From positions 32,001 to 96,000 of IMG/VR virus record IMGVR_UViG_3300042337_000526: a DNA stretch of 64,000 nt; one strand, written 5' to 3'. How positions within the stretch are numbered: the stretch's first letter is position 1; each line of letters begins with the position of its first letter. Source of the stretch: a virus. Under the pieces are notes generated by a model. The model ran no database searches and was not told the DNA's origin. It was given only the letters and a program-made list of their open reading frames with translations. Below are positions 37,422 to 47,277 of this stretch, one piece after another. The position numbers and the translations under genes were made by a program.

Positions 37422-38372
37422 TTATAATATATCATTTTCTATGATAATTTGTTTTAAGAAATCAATTTGTTTTATTGGGTTAGCATTTTTATTAAACCAT
37501 TCATATGCATTAAATAGAATATATTGTTTTTCTTCTTGAGATATATTCATAATTTTATCAATTATTTCATTACTTATTATTTTATAATTTTTTGTGTTGT
37601 ATATTTTATTAATGGTGTCGTTATCTATGATGGTTTTATAATGCATATTTTCAATAATTGGATCATGCGTAATAATATTTAGTTTTTCTCTTAAGCATAA
37701 GGTTCTTGTGCCAAAATATTCTAGATCACGATAGCAAATTTGTGCTGCTCCATTTAAAGATAATCCATATTCATACTTAGTGATATTTTTGTAATAATCT
37801 GTTTTATTTAGAAACTCATCACCTATTGATTTATTTTTCATTATGAAAAAATCATTAGTTTTTAAGCAATCCGTTACTGGCTGGCGATGTCCATAACACA
37901 GTCCATTAAAATAACAATTATTTTTTTTATCACTATTATGCCGTGCTAACTCTATATGTTCGTGATCATTCCAATTCTCTAAAATATAAAACGATGGTAA
38001 TATTTTAACTTTTACATGTTTGTATCTATCAAAAACATCATTAGTAAAATTAGAAGAAAAACAAAAAGTAGTTATATTAAGTTTTTGCAATGCTGCGTCA
38101 TGCTCTAAGAATACTGGAGCATAATCAGATAAGGAGTGGACGAACCCCTTTTGGGTTATGGTATTATATACTATTAAATTATAAATATTAAATAAAGAAG
38201 GTAAAGAATTTTCTCGATTATCATATGGTTCATTATAGGTCTTTGCTAATTCGTTAATAGGAATAATATTAATATCACTAAATTGATTTTGCATATGAAT
38301 TGCAAATGCTTCGTACAACTCTCCAACATACCAATTGTGTTGATATTTATTATATGATATAATTATAGCCAT
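37422..38372 (-). CDS. Putative glycosyltransferase (GT-B-like C-terminus)
   Basis: YFNG...R, YEYGLSLNG...CYRDLE motifs, located in the glycosylation operon. Confidence 0.55.
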   Translation of the reverse strand: MAIIISYNKYQHNWYVGELYEAFAIHMQNQFSDINIIPINELAKTYNEPYDNRENSLPSLFNIYNLIVYNTITQKGFVHSLSDYAPVFLEHDAALQKLNITTFCFSSNFTNDVFDRYKHVKVKILPSFYILENWNDHEHIELARHNSDKKNNCYFNGLCYGHRQPVTDCLKTNDFFIMKNKSIGDEFLNKTDYYKNITKYEYGLSLNGAAQICYRDLEYFGTRTLCLREKLNIITHDPIIENMHYKTIIDNDTINKIYNTKNYKIISNEIIDKIMNISQEEKQYILFNAYEWFNKNANPIKQIDFLKQIIIENDIL

Positions 38373-39196
38373 GATGTAACTTTTGTTTTATTAACTATTG
38401 GATAAAATAGAAAATTCGATATTCTATGCCAGGAGGTTAATAAAAAAATTTCTTTAGCATAGTTTATAGCCAATATTTCTGCGGCAGACAATAAGGTTTT
38501 TTGTTTGGCTATATCATTTGGTATTTTGTTTCTATAACAATGGTGACTTCCCATACTGTCTTCTAGGGGATGTTGTATTGATATTGTTTTAGATAATTTT
38601 AACAATTCTTTTTTAATAGAAAAGCTATTAGAGCAAACAAAAATTGTATTATATTGATCATATAAATTATTAATTTTATCTAAATTATTTTCATATAAAT
38701 ACATTTCGTCATTTAAGTCTTGTGTGCGAACATGTAAACAAATATAATCATTTTTAAGTTTTAAGTTATTATAAATGTCATAAACCTCAGAAGAAAAATC
38801 AATTAAATTAAAATTTGGAATATTATTAAAATCGTGTCCGACATTAGGAAAAGTATCTATTATAGAAGGATCGATAGGATAATCAGTAAACAGATCCCAC
38901 CAATGCAGCCCCGCTTCTCTAGCTCCGTATGATAAATGAGAAATTTCAAAATTATTTATTGTTTTATAAGTAGAACTTATATGATCTATGTTATCAAATA
39001 AATTTATAAAGTTATGTTCATTTAATATATCAAATAAATTTAAATTATTGTAATAGAGATTATTTTCTGTATATATTTTTAAATCTATTGAAAAACCTAA
39101 TGACTTTAATTTTTGTGCCGTACTAATATACTCTGTACAAGCAACAATGCAGTCTCCTAAACCCGATGTGAAATTGTGTTGTATTATAGCTTTCAT
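38363..39196 (-). CDS. Putative fucosyltransferase (O-FucT/NodZ-like GT-B)
   Basis: N-terminal GLGD, CLHVRTQD (HxR motif), IFVCSN and a C-terminal AAEILAI...SNF. Confidence 0.65.
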   Translation of the reverse strand: MKAIIQHNFTSGLGDCIVACTEYISTAQKLKSLGFSIDLKIYTENNLYYNNLNLFDILNEHNFINLFDNIDHISSTYKTINNFEISHLSYGAREAGLHWWDLFTDYPIDPSIIDTFPNVGHDFNNIPNFNLIDFSSEVYDIYNNLKLKNDYICLHVRTQDLNDEMYLYENNLDKINNLYDQYNTIFVCSNSFSIKKELLKLSKTISIQHPLEDSMGSHHCYRNKIPNDIAKQKTLLSAAEILAINYAKEIFLLTSWHRISNFLFYPIVNKTKVTSWL

Positions 39197-39199
39197 AAT

Positions 39200-40093
39200 T
39201 TAAGCAATATTTTGATTGTCTATAAATAATATGCAATTATTAAAACTTTGTCTCATTAGCGGAACAATAGTTAGCATATTGCCAGGGTACGATACGAAAT
39301 AATTACATTGAGATGCTATATGAGTAATTGCTAAAAATTTTTTAAGATAATCTATTTTGGACATATTGTGCCGATTCATAAAATCAGCATTAGAAACATT
39401 ATATAAATGACTATGGAATCCTTTATTGGTGTCGTTAGATGTCGGCAACTCATTTAAGACTATTATTCGGTCATCAATAGTTTTTATTATAGCAATTTCT
39501 TCTAATATAGAAACATCATCAGTTTGAAAATATATTTTTTTAATATTAGTATTATCTAATTGTTTAATGTAATCAATAGTATTAGGAATACGTGATTCTG
39601 TTACTTTGTCTGTCTTTCTTGCCCATATGAAAGCAGACATACTATAGTTTATATTATAAGTATTCAAAATATTTTCTATCTCATATTTTATGTCATTATT
39701 AATGGTAAAAAATTTGTTATATAATTTTATAAGTATAGGCAAGAGTTCTGTTAGTTTTTGTTTATTGAATCTATGACTTAAATCAGACAGTCCATAATTA
39801 GTAGGATGCAAATTGTTTACAACTAGGTTTGCTTCTTCTTCGCTAATCTCAAATGAGTTTTGTTGTGTTTGAAAAAAATCATTATAAAAATCATAATTGT
39901 GTTCGTACTCATTAAGACACAATCTAATATTAGATACTCTATAGGAAGTTTGTTTTAACATGCAAACACCAAATAATGACATAATAATATTAGAATATAA
40001 TCCATATGGTCTATTAATAGTTAGGGTTTCAGAAGCAATATCATAAGAATTATTGCCTCCCCATAAGCTAAAATCATTAATATTGTCTATCAT
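39200..40093 (-). CDS. FUT8/NodZ (GT23)-like fucosyltransferase
   Basis: ARKTDKVTES (compare FUT8 VRRTDKVGTE), IYFQTDD (compare VYLATDD) and ASQCNYFV. Confidence 0.7.
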   Translation of the reverse strand: MIDNINDFSLWGGNNSYDIASETLTINRPYGLYSNIIMSLFGVCMLKQTSYRVSNIRLCLNEYEHNYDFYNDFFQTQQNSFEISEEEANLVVNNLHPTNYGLSDLSHRFNKQKLTELLPILIKLYNKFFTINNDIKYEIENILNTYNINYSMSAFIWARKTDKVTESRIPNTIDYIKQLDNTNIKKIYFQTDDVSILEEIAIIKTIDDRIIVLNELPTSNDTNKGFHSHLYNVSNADFMNRHNMSKIDYLKKFLAITHIASQCNYFVSYPGNMLTIVPLMRQSFNNCILFIDNQNIA

Positions 40094-41049
40094 TTATAGG
40101 TTTCCATAAATGAATCTATAGTTTTTTTTAAGCCTTCATCTATTCCGATAGTTGGCTCCCATCCTAGTAATGATTTAGCTTTGTTAATATTTAATAATCT
40201 TTTTGGCTGACCCTCTGGCTTTGTTGTGTCCCAAATAATATTACCATTATAAGATAATAAATTTTTGATCTTGTGTGTAATATCTTTTATGCTAGTTTCT
40301 GAACCTCCTCCAATATTTATAGGATCTGGGTCATTAATATTTAATGCTGCTAATAAAATAGCCCTTGCTGCGTCTTCTACATATAGGAAATCTCTAGTGG
40401 CTTCTCCGCTTCCCCAGCATTGAAGATATTCTTGGTTTTTTTGTTTCGCTAAAAATATTTTAGTAACTATAGCAGGAATAACGTGGCTTCTTTTGTCAAA
40501 AAAATGATCATTTGGACCATACAAATTACTTGGAATTACTACAGAACTATTTAAATTGAACTGTTTTTTGTATGCCTGTAGCATAACAATAAGACTTTTT
40601 TTAGGTATCGCATAATAAGATATTAATTCTTCTGGAAATCCATTCCATAAATCGTTTTCGTTGAACGGAATAGGACAGTGTTTTGGGTAGGAGCACCCAG
40701 ATGATACAAATGATAATTTATCAACACCAAATTTATGTGCATATTTGACTATATACAATCCCATAATCATGTTATCAAAAAAAATATCTCCAGCATTATT
40801 GCATATAGTATCTATGCCTCCGACATTAGCAGCTAAATGAATAACAATATTAGGACGTGTACTTTCATATAAATTCTGAACATCTTTTTCAGAAGTTAAA
40901 TCGTATTCTTTTGACGATGGGGCTATGACGGTATGGGATTTTGATAGGCTGTTACCGGCAAGGTTCTTAACGTAACTGCCTAAAAATCCGTTGCCTCCTG
41001 TTATTAGTATTGTTTTTTTCATAGTGTTCCAGTTATTGGATCTGCCCAT
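40090..41049 (-). CDS. fcl: GDP-L-fucose synthase (epimerase/reductase)
   Basis: ITGGNGFLG, IHLAANVGGI, SSGCSYPK, YAIPKK, PSNLYGPND and WGSGEATRDFLYVED. Confidence 0.85.
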   Translation of the reverse strand: MGRSNNWNTMKKTILITGGNGFLGSYVKNLAGNSLSKSHTVIAPSSKEYDLTSEKDVQNLYESTRPNIVIHLAANVGGIDTICNNAGDIFFDNMIMGLYIVKYAHKFGVDKLSFVSSGCSYPKHCPIPFNENDLWNGFPEELISYYAIPKKSLIVMLQAYKKQFNLNSSVVIPSNLYGPNDHFFDKRSHVIPAIVTKIFLAKQKNQEYLQCWGSGEATRDFLYVEDAARAILLAALNINDPDPINIGGGSETSIKDITHKIKNLLSYNGNIIWDTTKPEGQPKRLLNINKAKSLLGWEPTIGIDEGLKKTIDSFMETYK

Positions 41050-42308
41050 CCTTTACTAATACTATGTGGCCACACTATCCAGGTTGTGGGTTTTATATCG
41101 GTTTGAAATTCTCTCCAAACCTTACAATATCCATCTGGATCATTTTTCATATTATTAATTTCATTAGCATCAGCATCTTGTCTATGTATATCATTTCCGT
41201 CTTTGTCTTTAAATGCTACCGCCCAGAAATCATAATCTTTCTCAGGAACTTGGTCATATGCAACATCAATACAGTGTTTAAAAATACTCATCAAGGCTTT
41301 ATCAAACTCTTCATCAGAAGCATTTTGCATAATATCTGGTGGTGGTTTATGTTCCTGAACTTGCTTTGTTATTCCTCTTTTCTTAAAACATAATCCAGAA
41401 TATTTTTCATAGTCATTTAGAGATCTTACAGATCCAAATCCATATTTACCAAAATCAACATCTCTTTTTTCACCGTCCATTTCGAATAATTTTCTGTTCT
41501 TTAAATGGCAGTAATCATTTCTTTTTACCCATTCTTTATCATCATCCCACTGTTTTGTTCTTCCTTTTCGGGTATACTCATGCCAACAAACAACCTTATT
41601 AGGATGAAATATATCATATCCCCAGGTATAAGCTCTAACGGCTATGCTTATTTCTTCTCCGTGAAAATAATACTCTGGATCATGTTGAACCTCGTTACAA
41701 AAATCACCAACACTAAATGCAAAGTGTGCGCTATAAAATCTTCCTGGTAATGGTTGATCTTTATTATCCCATGAATCAAAAGAGGCTGGCAAAAAGAATA
41801 CTGCACCTTCTGGTATAAATCTGTCAAAGTTCATTTTCCATGGTTCATTAACTCTTCCAGAAGGATCGTTATCGGGATCAAAACTTGGAATATATGATGT
41901 TATCAATGGTTTTTTATGTCCATTTTTTTGTAATCCCTTTAACATATCTATAAGTTCGGTATCCCAATTTTTTACAAATCTATGATGACTATCTAATTGA
42001 AGAGTATATTTTTCTCCGTTATATAATTGTTGTACAGAGTTCCTGGCCCAGCATACGCCTTTAGATTCCAAATAATTTACATCTATTATTCTGAACCTAG
42101 GATCGTCTTTATATTTGTCCAAGGTATCCCATGGGTCATCGGCAGAATGCTGCCAACATATTCCTAGTCTTAAATTCTCTGGGTGTTCAGCTTTGTCAAA
42201 CATGTCCTCTAATGTTGGTAACAGTTGAGGATCTCGATAAGATGCAATCTGAATAAAGATAGTGTTTTTTTTATCTTTTTTAATTTTCTCTTCTTTCTGA
42301 CGCTTCAT
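41019..42308 (-). CDS. GT60 family polypeptide alpha-GlcNAc-transferase homolog (Dictyostelium Gnt1/Gnt2-like)
   Basis: IFIQIASYRD, KGVCWAR, YTLQLDSHHRF (DxH), and FHGEEISIAVRAYTWGYD...HEY. Confidence 0.85.
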   Translation of the reverse strand: MKRQKEEKIKKDKKNTIFIQIASYRDPQLLPTLEDMFDKAEHPENLRLGICWQHSADDPWDTLDKYKDDPRFRIIDVNYLESKGVCWARNSVQQLYNGEKYTLQLDSHHRFVKNWDTELIDMLKGLQKNGHKKPLITSYIPSFDPDNDPSGRVNEPWKMNFDRFIPEGAVFFLPASFDSWDNKDQPLPGRFYSAHFAFSVGDFCNEVQHDPEYYFHGEEISIAVRAYTWGYDIFHPNKVVCWHEYTRKGRTKQWDDDKEWVKRNDYCHLKNRKLFEMDGEKRDVDFGKYGFGSVRSLNDYEKYSGLCFKKRGITKQVQEHKPPPDIMQNASDEEFDKALMSIFKHCIDVAYDQVPEKDYDFWAVAFKDKDGNDIHRQDADANEINNMKNDPDGYCKVWREFQTDIKPTTWIVWPHSISKGWADPITGTL

Positions 42309-43941
42309 AAAAATGCACCCTATTATGTGTTATGGGACTTGCTAATAAAATTGCCGGATTGATTTTATTCTCAACAGTAAGAGAATATATATGACTCATC
42401 CAGGTTTGTTCGAATGGATTATTCCATGTCGTATCCAAGAAGAGCTTTTGATTTCCTTCTTGATCTATAATATGGGGCCAATTACAATAGTAAATCTCAC
42501 CATTAGCATACGGAACACCATTAAATGTTTTAATGTTTTTATATTTCATTGGTGGTCTTTTTGATGATTTACCAAAATATTTAACCCTATTTTCTGATGG
42601 AACATTATGCCAACTCCATTGATCTCCGTTATGTCCATAGAATTCACTAAAACTTAATTTCAAAAAGTCGAAATTTTCCAGATCCATAATCCTAATACAG
42701 TTATTAAATAAATTATCAACTTTTTTATTAAATCCAAAATTACACCTACCATCAAAATCTAATAACATATCGTCTTCAAAGAAGAACATATATTTATATC
42801 CATTATCATTAAAATGTTCAGCAGCCAATTGTCTTGCTCTGCATATTCCAAGATTTCCTTTCTTGATATGTTCTTTGAAATTATATTTGTCACAGATATT
42901 GTCATACTCGGCAAATACATTATTTTCTGTAGAATTATTAATTAATATTTTAGTAGTTTTTTCTAGGAATAATTTGTCGTATTTTTCAAAACTATCAAGA
43001 ACCATTTTAAGTTGAGCAGGAAAATTGAAAGCATTAATATATAATGCTATTTCTTTGTTCTTGTGTTTTTTTCTTTCTGGAGCATTTGTTTGTTGTATTT
43101 TTAATTTGGTATTATTTTTTAAATTCTCAAAAAAGGTTGAGATTAATCCATTGTCTTCTATTGGTGAAAAATTATATGTATCTTCATCCAAATAGGTCAT
43201 TATTGTAAATATACTCTCTTCTGTGCCCATATATCCGGACTTTAAGGAGTCATTTAGTAGTGAGTAGTATAGATTATTCGCTTGTGAGATTGTTTCTATG
43301 TGTCCTCCAAAAAATCCTCCCCTAGCGACCCTGTTAACTTCACTATTTCCTGCGAATTCTTTTAGTTTATTAATTTCAAATCCATGAATCTCTGTAGAAG
43401 TTTCATAAGGAAAACAAATAAACATAAATTTTTTAACTAAATCTTCAAGCTTGTGTAATACTTTGTCATGGCTAAAGTAGCCTGGGTGAACAGTATTTGT
43501 TATTCCACCATCTAGCCAAAACATGTATTCTGTATTAAAAGGATTATAACACTTAGCATTATGCAATAAGAACATTTTACTCATAACCATAGGATTATAG
43601 TATTCCATTTTGGCTTGAGTACTTTCAGCTAACCATCCAACTTGATTTACCCATTTCTTATCGTTCCTTATTCTTTGAACATCGTTGAAAAATGGGAAAA
43701 AAGAACCAGAAAATTGATCTTTTGAATGATTATATACTACAGTGTTTTCTTTATTCCTGTATTTCCATACTATATGTTCGTGCTGTTTATCTATAAATAC
43801 TATTAAAGGAACGTCATCGCCTAATGATTCTAGCAGACTGCTGAAGTGGGCGATATAATGATCAAATCCTCTGCCCCAACCCTCAGAAAGAGAATCTCTT
43901 CCCAAATCCCATATGCCGGTGACTATTGTTGAGTTTATCAT
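42280..43941 (-). CDS. HtrL/YibB-like domain fused to a GT-A-like domain
   Basis: N-terminal TIVTGIWDLGR...SKMFLL...FWLDGG...GGFFGG...GTEE. The C-terminal half has NLGICRARQ and FFEDD. Confidence 0.7.
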   Translation of the reverse strand: MINSTIVTGIWDLGRDSLSEGWGRGFDHYIAHFSSLLESLGDDVPLIVFIDKQHEHIVWKYRNKENTVVYNHSKDQFSGSFFPFFNDVQRIRNDKKWVNQVGWLAESTQAKMEYYNPMVMSKMFLLHNAKCYNPFNTEYMFWLDGGITNTVHPGYFSHDKVLHKLEDLVKKFMFICFPYETSTEIHGFEINKLKEFAGNSEVNRVARGGFFGGHIETISQANNLYYSLLNDSLKSGYMGTEESIFTIMTYLDEDTYNFSPIEDNGLISTFFENLKNNTKLKIQQTNAPERKKHKNKEIALYINAFNFPAQLKMVLDSFEKYDKLFLEKTTKILINNSTENNVFAEYDNICDKYNFKEHIKKGNLGICRARQLAAEHFNDNGYKYMFFFEDDMLLDFDGRCNFGFNKKVDNLFNNCIRIMDLENFDFLKLSFSEFYGHNGDQWSWHNVPSENRVKYFGKSSKRPPMKYKNIKTFNGVPYANGEIYYCNWPHIIDQEGNQKLFLDTTWNNPFEQTWMSHIYSLTVENKINPAILLASPITHNRVHFYEASERREN

Positions 43942-44043
43942 GGGTTAGTTAGTATTATTACTTATAAGTATTATATCCACCGGAGCTGCATAATCATAGT
44001 TCCATTTCGTAGTTTGGTCAAGTTGGAAAAATTTAAACCTCTG

Positions 44044-44071
44044 TTGACACCCAAACTTTTTCTACTATTAT
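44044..44071 (+). promoter_or_regulatory. Sigma70-type promoter TTGACA-N16-TATTAT at the divergence point
   Basis: ttgaca cccaaactttttctac tattat. Confidence 0.65.
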
Positions 44072-44102
44072 GAGATTAGTCACATTGGAGTTTTGAGGAA
44101 AA

Positions 44103-44306
44103 ATGACAAATATAGAAGATTTCGACGAAGACAAGAAAAATTCGGGCAGAAGACAAAAGTTTACTAGTAAAAAAAAGCATAACAAAAAAGATATGCTTGA
44201 TGATGAAATTATTAGTAGAAATTATGAAAAGAAGCATATAAAAAAAATAAAAGAAAGCTTTAGCGACGAAGAATGGGAAGATTGGGATAAATATTACAAT
44301 CGTTAA
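44103..44306 (+). CDS. Small highly charged protein
   Basis: GAGG RBS, 67 aa. Confidence 0.6.
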   Translation: MTNIEDFDEDKKNSGRRQKFTSKKKHNKKDMLDDEIISRNYEKKHIKKIKESFSDEEWEDWDKYYNR

Positions 44307-44311
44307 TAACT

Positions 44312-44563
44312 ATGAAATATTTAGAAGAATTAGATATTGGTGATTGCTTTTCATTTTCTGGTAATCATTTTATATTAACAGCAGACTTTAAAAAAAATGG
44401 TGATAAATTAGCAGTATGTTTATCTAATGGATTATCTCAGTGGGTAGGTTTAAGTTGTATTATTGACCCAATTGACATATTTACTCTTGATACAGAAAAT
44501 AACATCATAGCTATGAAAGAGAGAAAGAAAGATGCTGCTAATACGAATTCAAACATTTCTTAA
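44312..44563 (+). CDS. Hypothetical protein
   Basis: 83-aa ORF in the operon. Confidence 0.6.
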   Translation: MKYLEELDIGDCFSFSGNHFILTADFKKNGDKLAVCLSNGLSQWVGLSCIIDPIDIFTLDTENNIIAMKERKKDAANTNSNIS

Positions 44564-44783
44564 GTCTTTATTCTTTCATGTTTGGCACGGATTTCCAAAG
44601 ACCACCCAATCAGAAATTTTAGACAGATATTCTATATGCCTAGATTGTCCTGATTTTAATAAAGAGAAATCAGAATGTAAAATATGCGGATGTTCTATTA
44701 GTAAAAAGAGCAAATTCCTTAACAAATTAGCATGGGCTGATCAAGAATGCCCCGCTGGCAAATGGTTAAAAATAATCAGGTGA
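44532..44783 (+). CDS. Small Cys-rich phage protein
   Basis: RYSICLDC...CKICGC...CPAGKW. Confidence 0.7.
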   Translation: MLLIRIQTFLKSLFFHVWHGFPKTTQSEILDRYSICLDCPDFNKEKSECKICGCSISKKSKFLNKLAWADQECPAGKWLKIIR

Positions 44784-44787
44784 TCTA

Positions 44788-45357
44788 ATGGCAATCAAAA
44801 CAATAAACAAAAAAAATTCAAATAATATAGTATATTCAAATTATGATCTATTTGAGATGGTAAGAACCAGAGTTTCTTCAGGAAACGAAGGAGCAACAGT
44901 ATTTGTTCCTCATGTATGCAATAATATAGATCTTTTTGGTGCGGGGTTTGCTGCTCAGGTAGCATTAAAGTATCCTGTGGTCAAAGAAAATTACCACTTA
45001 TTGGGTAAGAGTTTTCTTAAAACAAATCTTGGATATTGCCAGATAGTCAAAGTATATGAAAATGATAAATATAAACATAAGCTATGTTTTGTGAATATGA
45101 TAGGGCAAAATGGAGTAAAAAGCAGCACTAATAATAGACCATTAAACTATTTAGCTCTTGTAAGATCCATGAACGCACTCTCTCAGCACATACATACTAA
45201 TACTGGATTCTTAAATAAAAATGAGAAAATAGAAATCCATTGCCCCAAGTTCGGTAGCGGGCTCGCTGGTGGAGATTGGGATTTCATAACAAATCTAATA
45301 GAAGATATCTGGGGCAAATTTTTTGTAACAGTATATAATTATCCTCCTAAAAAATAA
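44788..45357 (+). CDS. Macro domain protein (ADP-ribose processing, Poa1/DarG-like)
   Basis: HVCNNIDLFGAGFA, VNMIGQ and CPKFGSGLAGGDW. Confidence 0.8.
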   Translation: MAIKTINKKNSNNIVYSNYDLFEMVRTRVSSGNEGATVFVPHVCNNIDLFGAGFAAQVALKYPVVKENYHLLGKSFLKTNLGYCQIVKVYENDKYKHKLCFVNMIGQNGVKSSTNNRPLNYLALVRSMNALSQHIHTNTGFLNKNEKIEIHCPKFGSGLAGGDWDFITNLIEDIWGKFFVTVYNYPPKK

Positions 45358-45358
45358 T

Positions 45359-46006
45359 ATGAAAAAAGTTATTAGTTTTAGTTTGTGGGGTGATAATCCT
45401 AAATATACAATAGGTGCTATAGAGAATGCTAAATTAGCACAAGAAATATATCCAGGGTGGGATTGTTATTTTTTCTTAGGATCATCTGTTACTGATAACA
45501 TACAAGATAGACTATTGTCTATTCCTAATGTTGTTTTATTTTATAAGGACCATCCTGGAGATTGGAGTGGTATGTTTTGGAGATTCGAAACCTCTTATGA
45601 TTTAGAGGTTGACATTTCTATTTTTAGAGATACAGATTCCAGATTAAGCTTAAGAGAAAAATATGCTGTAGACGAATGGATACAGTCGGACAAAACTTTT
45701 CATATTATGAGAGATCATCCCCATCATGGATTTCCTATTTTAGGAGGTATGTGGGGATATAAATCCAATAATAAATATCCAATTAAAGAACTATTAGGTT
45801 CATTCAATAAAAATGATAGATATGGCACAGACTATGAATTTTTTTATAATTCACTGTATCCATTAATAAATGATGACAAAGTGGTTCATGATCCCTTTTT
45901 TGATAAAATAGATTTTCCACAACCAAGAGATGGAACAGAATTTGTAGGCGATGTATTTGACGAAAATAATATTAGACATCCAGAATACCATAATTATATA
46001 ATATGA
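45359..46006 (+). CDS. Putative glycosyltransferase (uncharacterised GT-A-like)
   Basis: ISFSLWG, GMFWRF, FRDTDSR (DxD) and HIMRDHP. Confidence 0.65.
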   Translation: MKKVISFSLWGDNPKYTIGAIENAKLAQEIYPGWDCYFFLGSSVTDNIQDRLLSIPNVVLFYKDHPGDWSGMFWRFETSYDLEVDISIFRDTDSRLSLREKYAVDEWIQSDKTFHIMRDHPHHGFPILGGMWGYKSNNKYPIKELLGSFNKNDRYGTDYEFFYNSLYPLINDDKVVHDPFFDKIDFPQPRDGTEFVGDVFDENNIRHPEYHNYII

Positions 46007-46581
46007 ATATTTACAATATTTCAAAAAGAGACAATATATGTCAATACATAAACACACTGAAAGACCCAATCATTTGCGAAGTTGGAACAAGAAAAGGTGA
46101 ATTTTTTGATAAACTATTTACATCAAATTGCTCATTAGGAGTAATGGTTGATATATGGACGGATACTGGAAATCTATATCAGAATGACAATACTTATACT
46201 CAAATAGATTTGAATGAACAATATAGATATGTCTTTACTAAATTTTTAAACCAGCACAATATTAAAATAATTAGAGAATTTAGTCATATTGCTAGTACTT
46301 TTTTTCCAGATAATTTTTTTGATTTTATATACATAGATGCTGATCATAGCAAAGAAGGATGCTATAAAGACCTGACTTGCTGGTATCCAAAAGTTAAAAA
46401 GGGTGGTATAATTTCCGGTCATGACTACATATCAAAAGAAAAAACTATAATATATGGACATACAGTTGAATTTGGAGTTATAGAAGCCGTAAAAGAGTTC
46501 CGTGAACTGAATAATATTACAGATAATAATTTTCACTTAACAAGTGAAGAATATGCAACTTATTTTATTATTAAATCATGA
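46003..46581 (+). CDS. Class I SAM methyltransferase (Methyltransf_24-like)
   Basis: EVGTRKG, YIDADH and GGIISGHDY. Confidence 0.85.
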   Translation: MNIYNISKRDNICQYINTLKDPIICEVGTRKGEFFDKLFTSNCSLGVMVDIWTDTGNLYQNDNTYTQIDLNEQYRYVFTKFLNQHNIKIIREFSHIASTFFPDNFFDFIYIDADHSKEGCYKDLTCWYPKVKKGGIISGHDYISKEKTIIYGHTVEFGVIEAVKEFRELNNITDNNFHLTSEEYATYFIIKS

Positions 46582-47270
46582 CCACAACACCTCGTAGAAT
46601 TTTTTGTATATGGTCTGGGGATAATGAGATGTCTGATAATAGAAAAAAATGTTTGGAACTAATAAGACAAAATTCACAGACTGTTGTTGATCTAGTAACT
46701 CCTGCTAATTTATCAGATTGGATAAAGGATCCACTACATGACTCTTATGATTATCTCAGTTTAACACACAAAGCAGATTATTTACGATGCTACTTGATGT
46801 ATCACTATGGTTCAGGATATTGCGATATTAAACCCATATTTTTTAGTTGGCAACCATATTTTGATATTCTAGAGAATAGTTTCTTTGATTTTATAGGATA
46901 CTCAGAACTAAGTCCCCTACACATAGCATCAGATATCAAAGAAATACAATCATCTTATAGTCGCTTGTGTGGATGCTGTCACTTTATATTTAAACCTAAG
47001 AGCAGTTTTGCAGCACAGTGGCTCAGTAGTGTTAATACAATTCTAGATAAGAAAATTCATCTTTTAAAAAAATTTCCTGGAACATACCATCCTAGAGCAA
47101 TCTTTGGAGGAGTTCATCATCCAGAGATAGATAATCTATATAAAGATTCCCAATACCCGTTATGTTGGAACGAAATACTTGGTCAAGTTATACATAAATT
47201 AATGTATAATAATTTTGGTGATTATACATCTGGTATGCCTTATGTCAATTTAACCTCTCAATATAGATAG
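46578..47270 (+). CDS. GT32-like glycosyltransferase
   Basis: IFCIWSG and HKADYLRCYLMYHYGSGYCDIK. Confidence 0.7.
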   Translation: MTTTPRRIFCIWSGDNEMSDNRKKCLELIRQNSQTVVDLVTPANLSDWIKDPLHDSYDYLSLTHKADYLRCYLMYHYGSGYCDIKPIFFSWQPYFDILENSFFDFIGYSELSPLHIASDIKEIQSSYSRLCGCCHFIFKPKSSFAAQWLSSVNTILDKKIHLLKKFPGTYHPRAIFGGVHHPEIDNLYKDSQYPLCWNEILGQVIHKLMYNNFGDYTSGMPYVNLTSQYR

Positions 47271-47277
47271 AGAATAA

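Noticed and set aside
37301-37435. N-terminal 45 aa of ORF 36920..37435
   Set aside because: This stretch contains a TTGACA/TATTAT promoter, and an RBS precedes Met46, so the real start is probably 37300.
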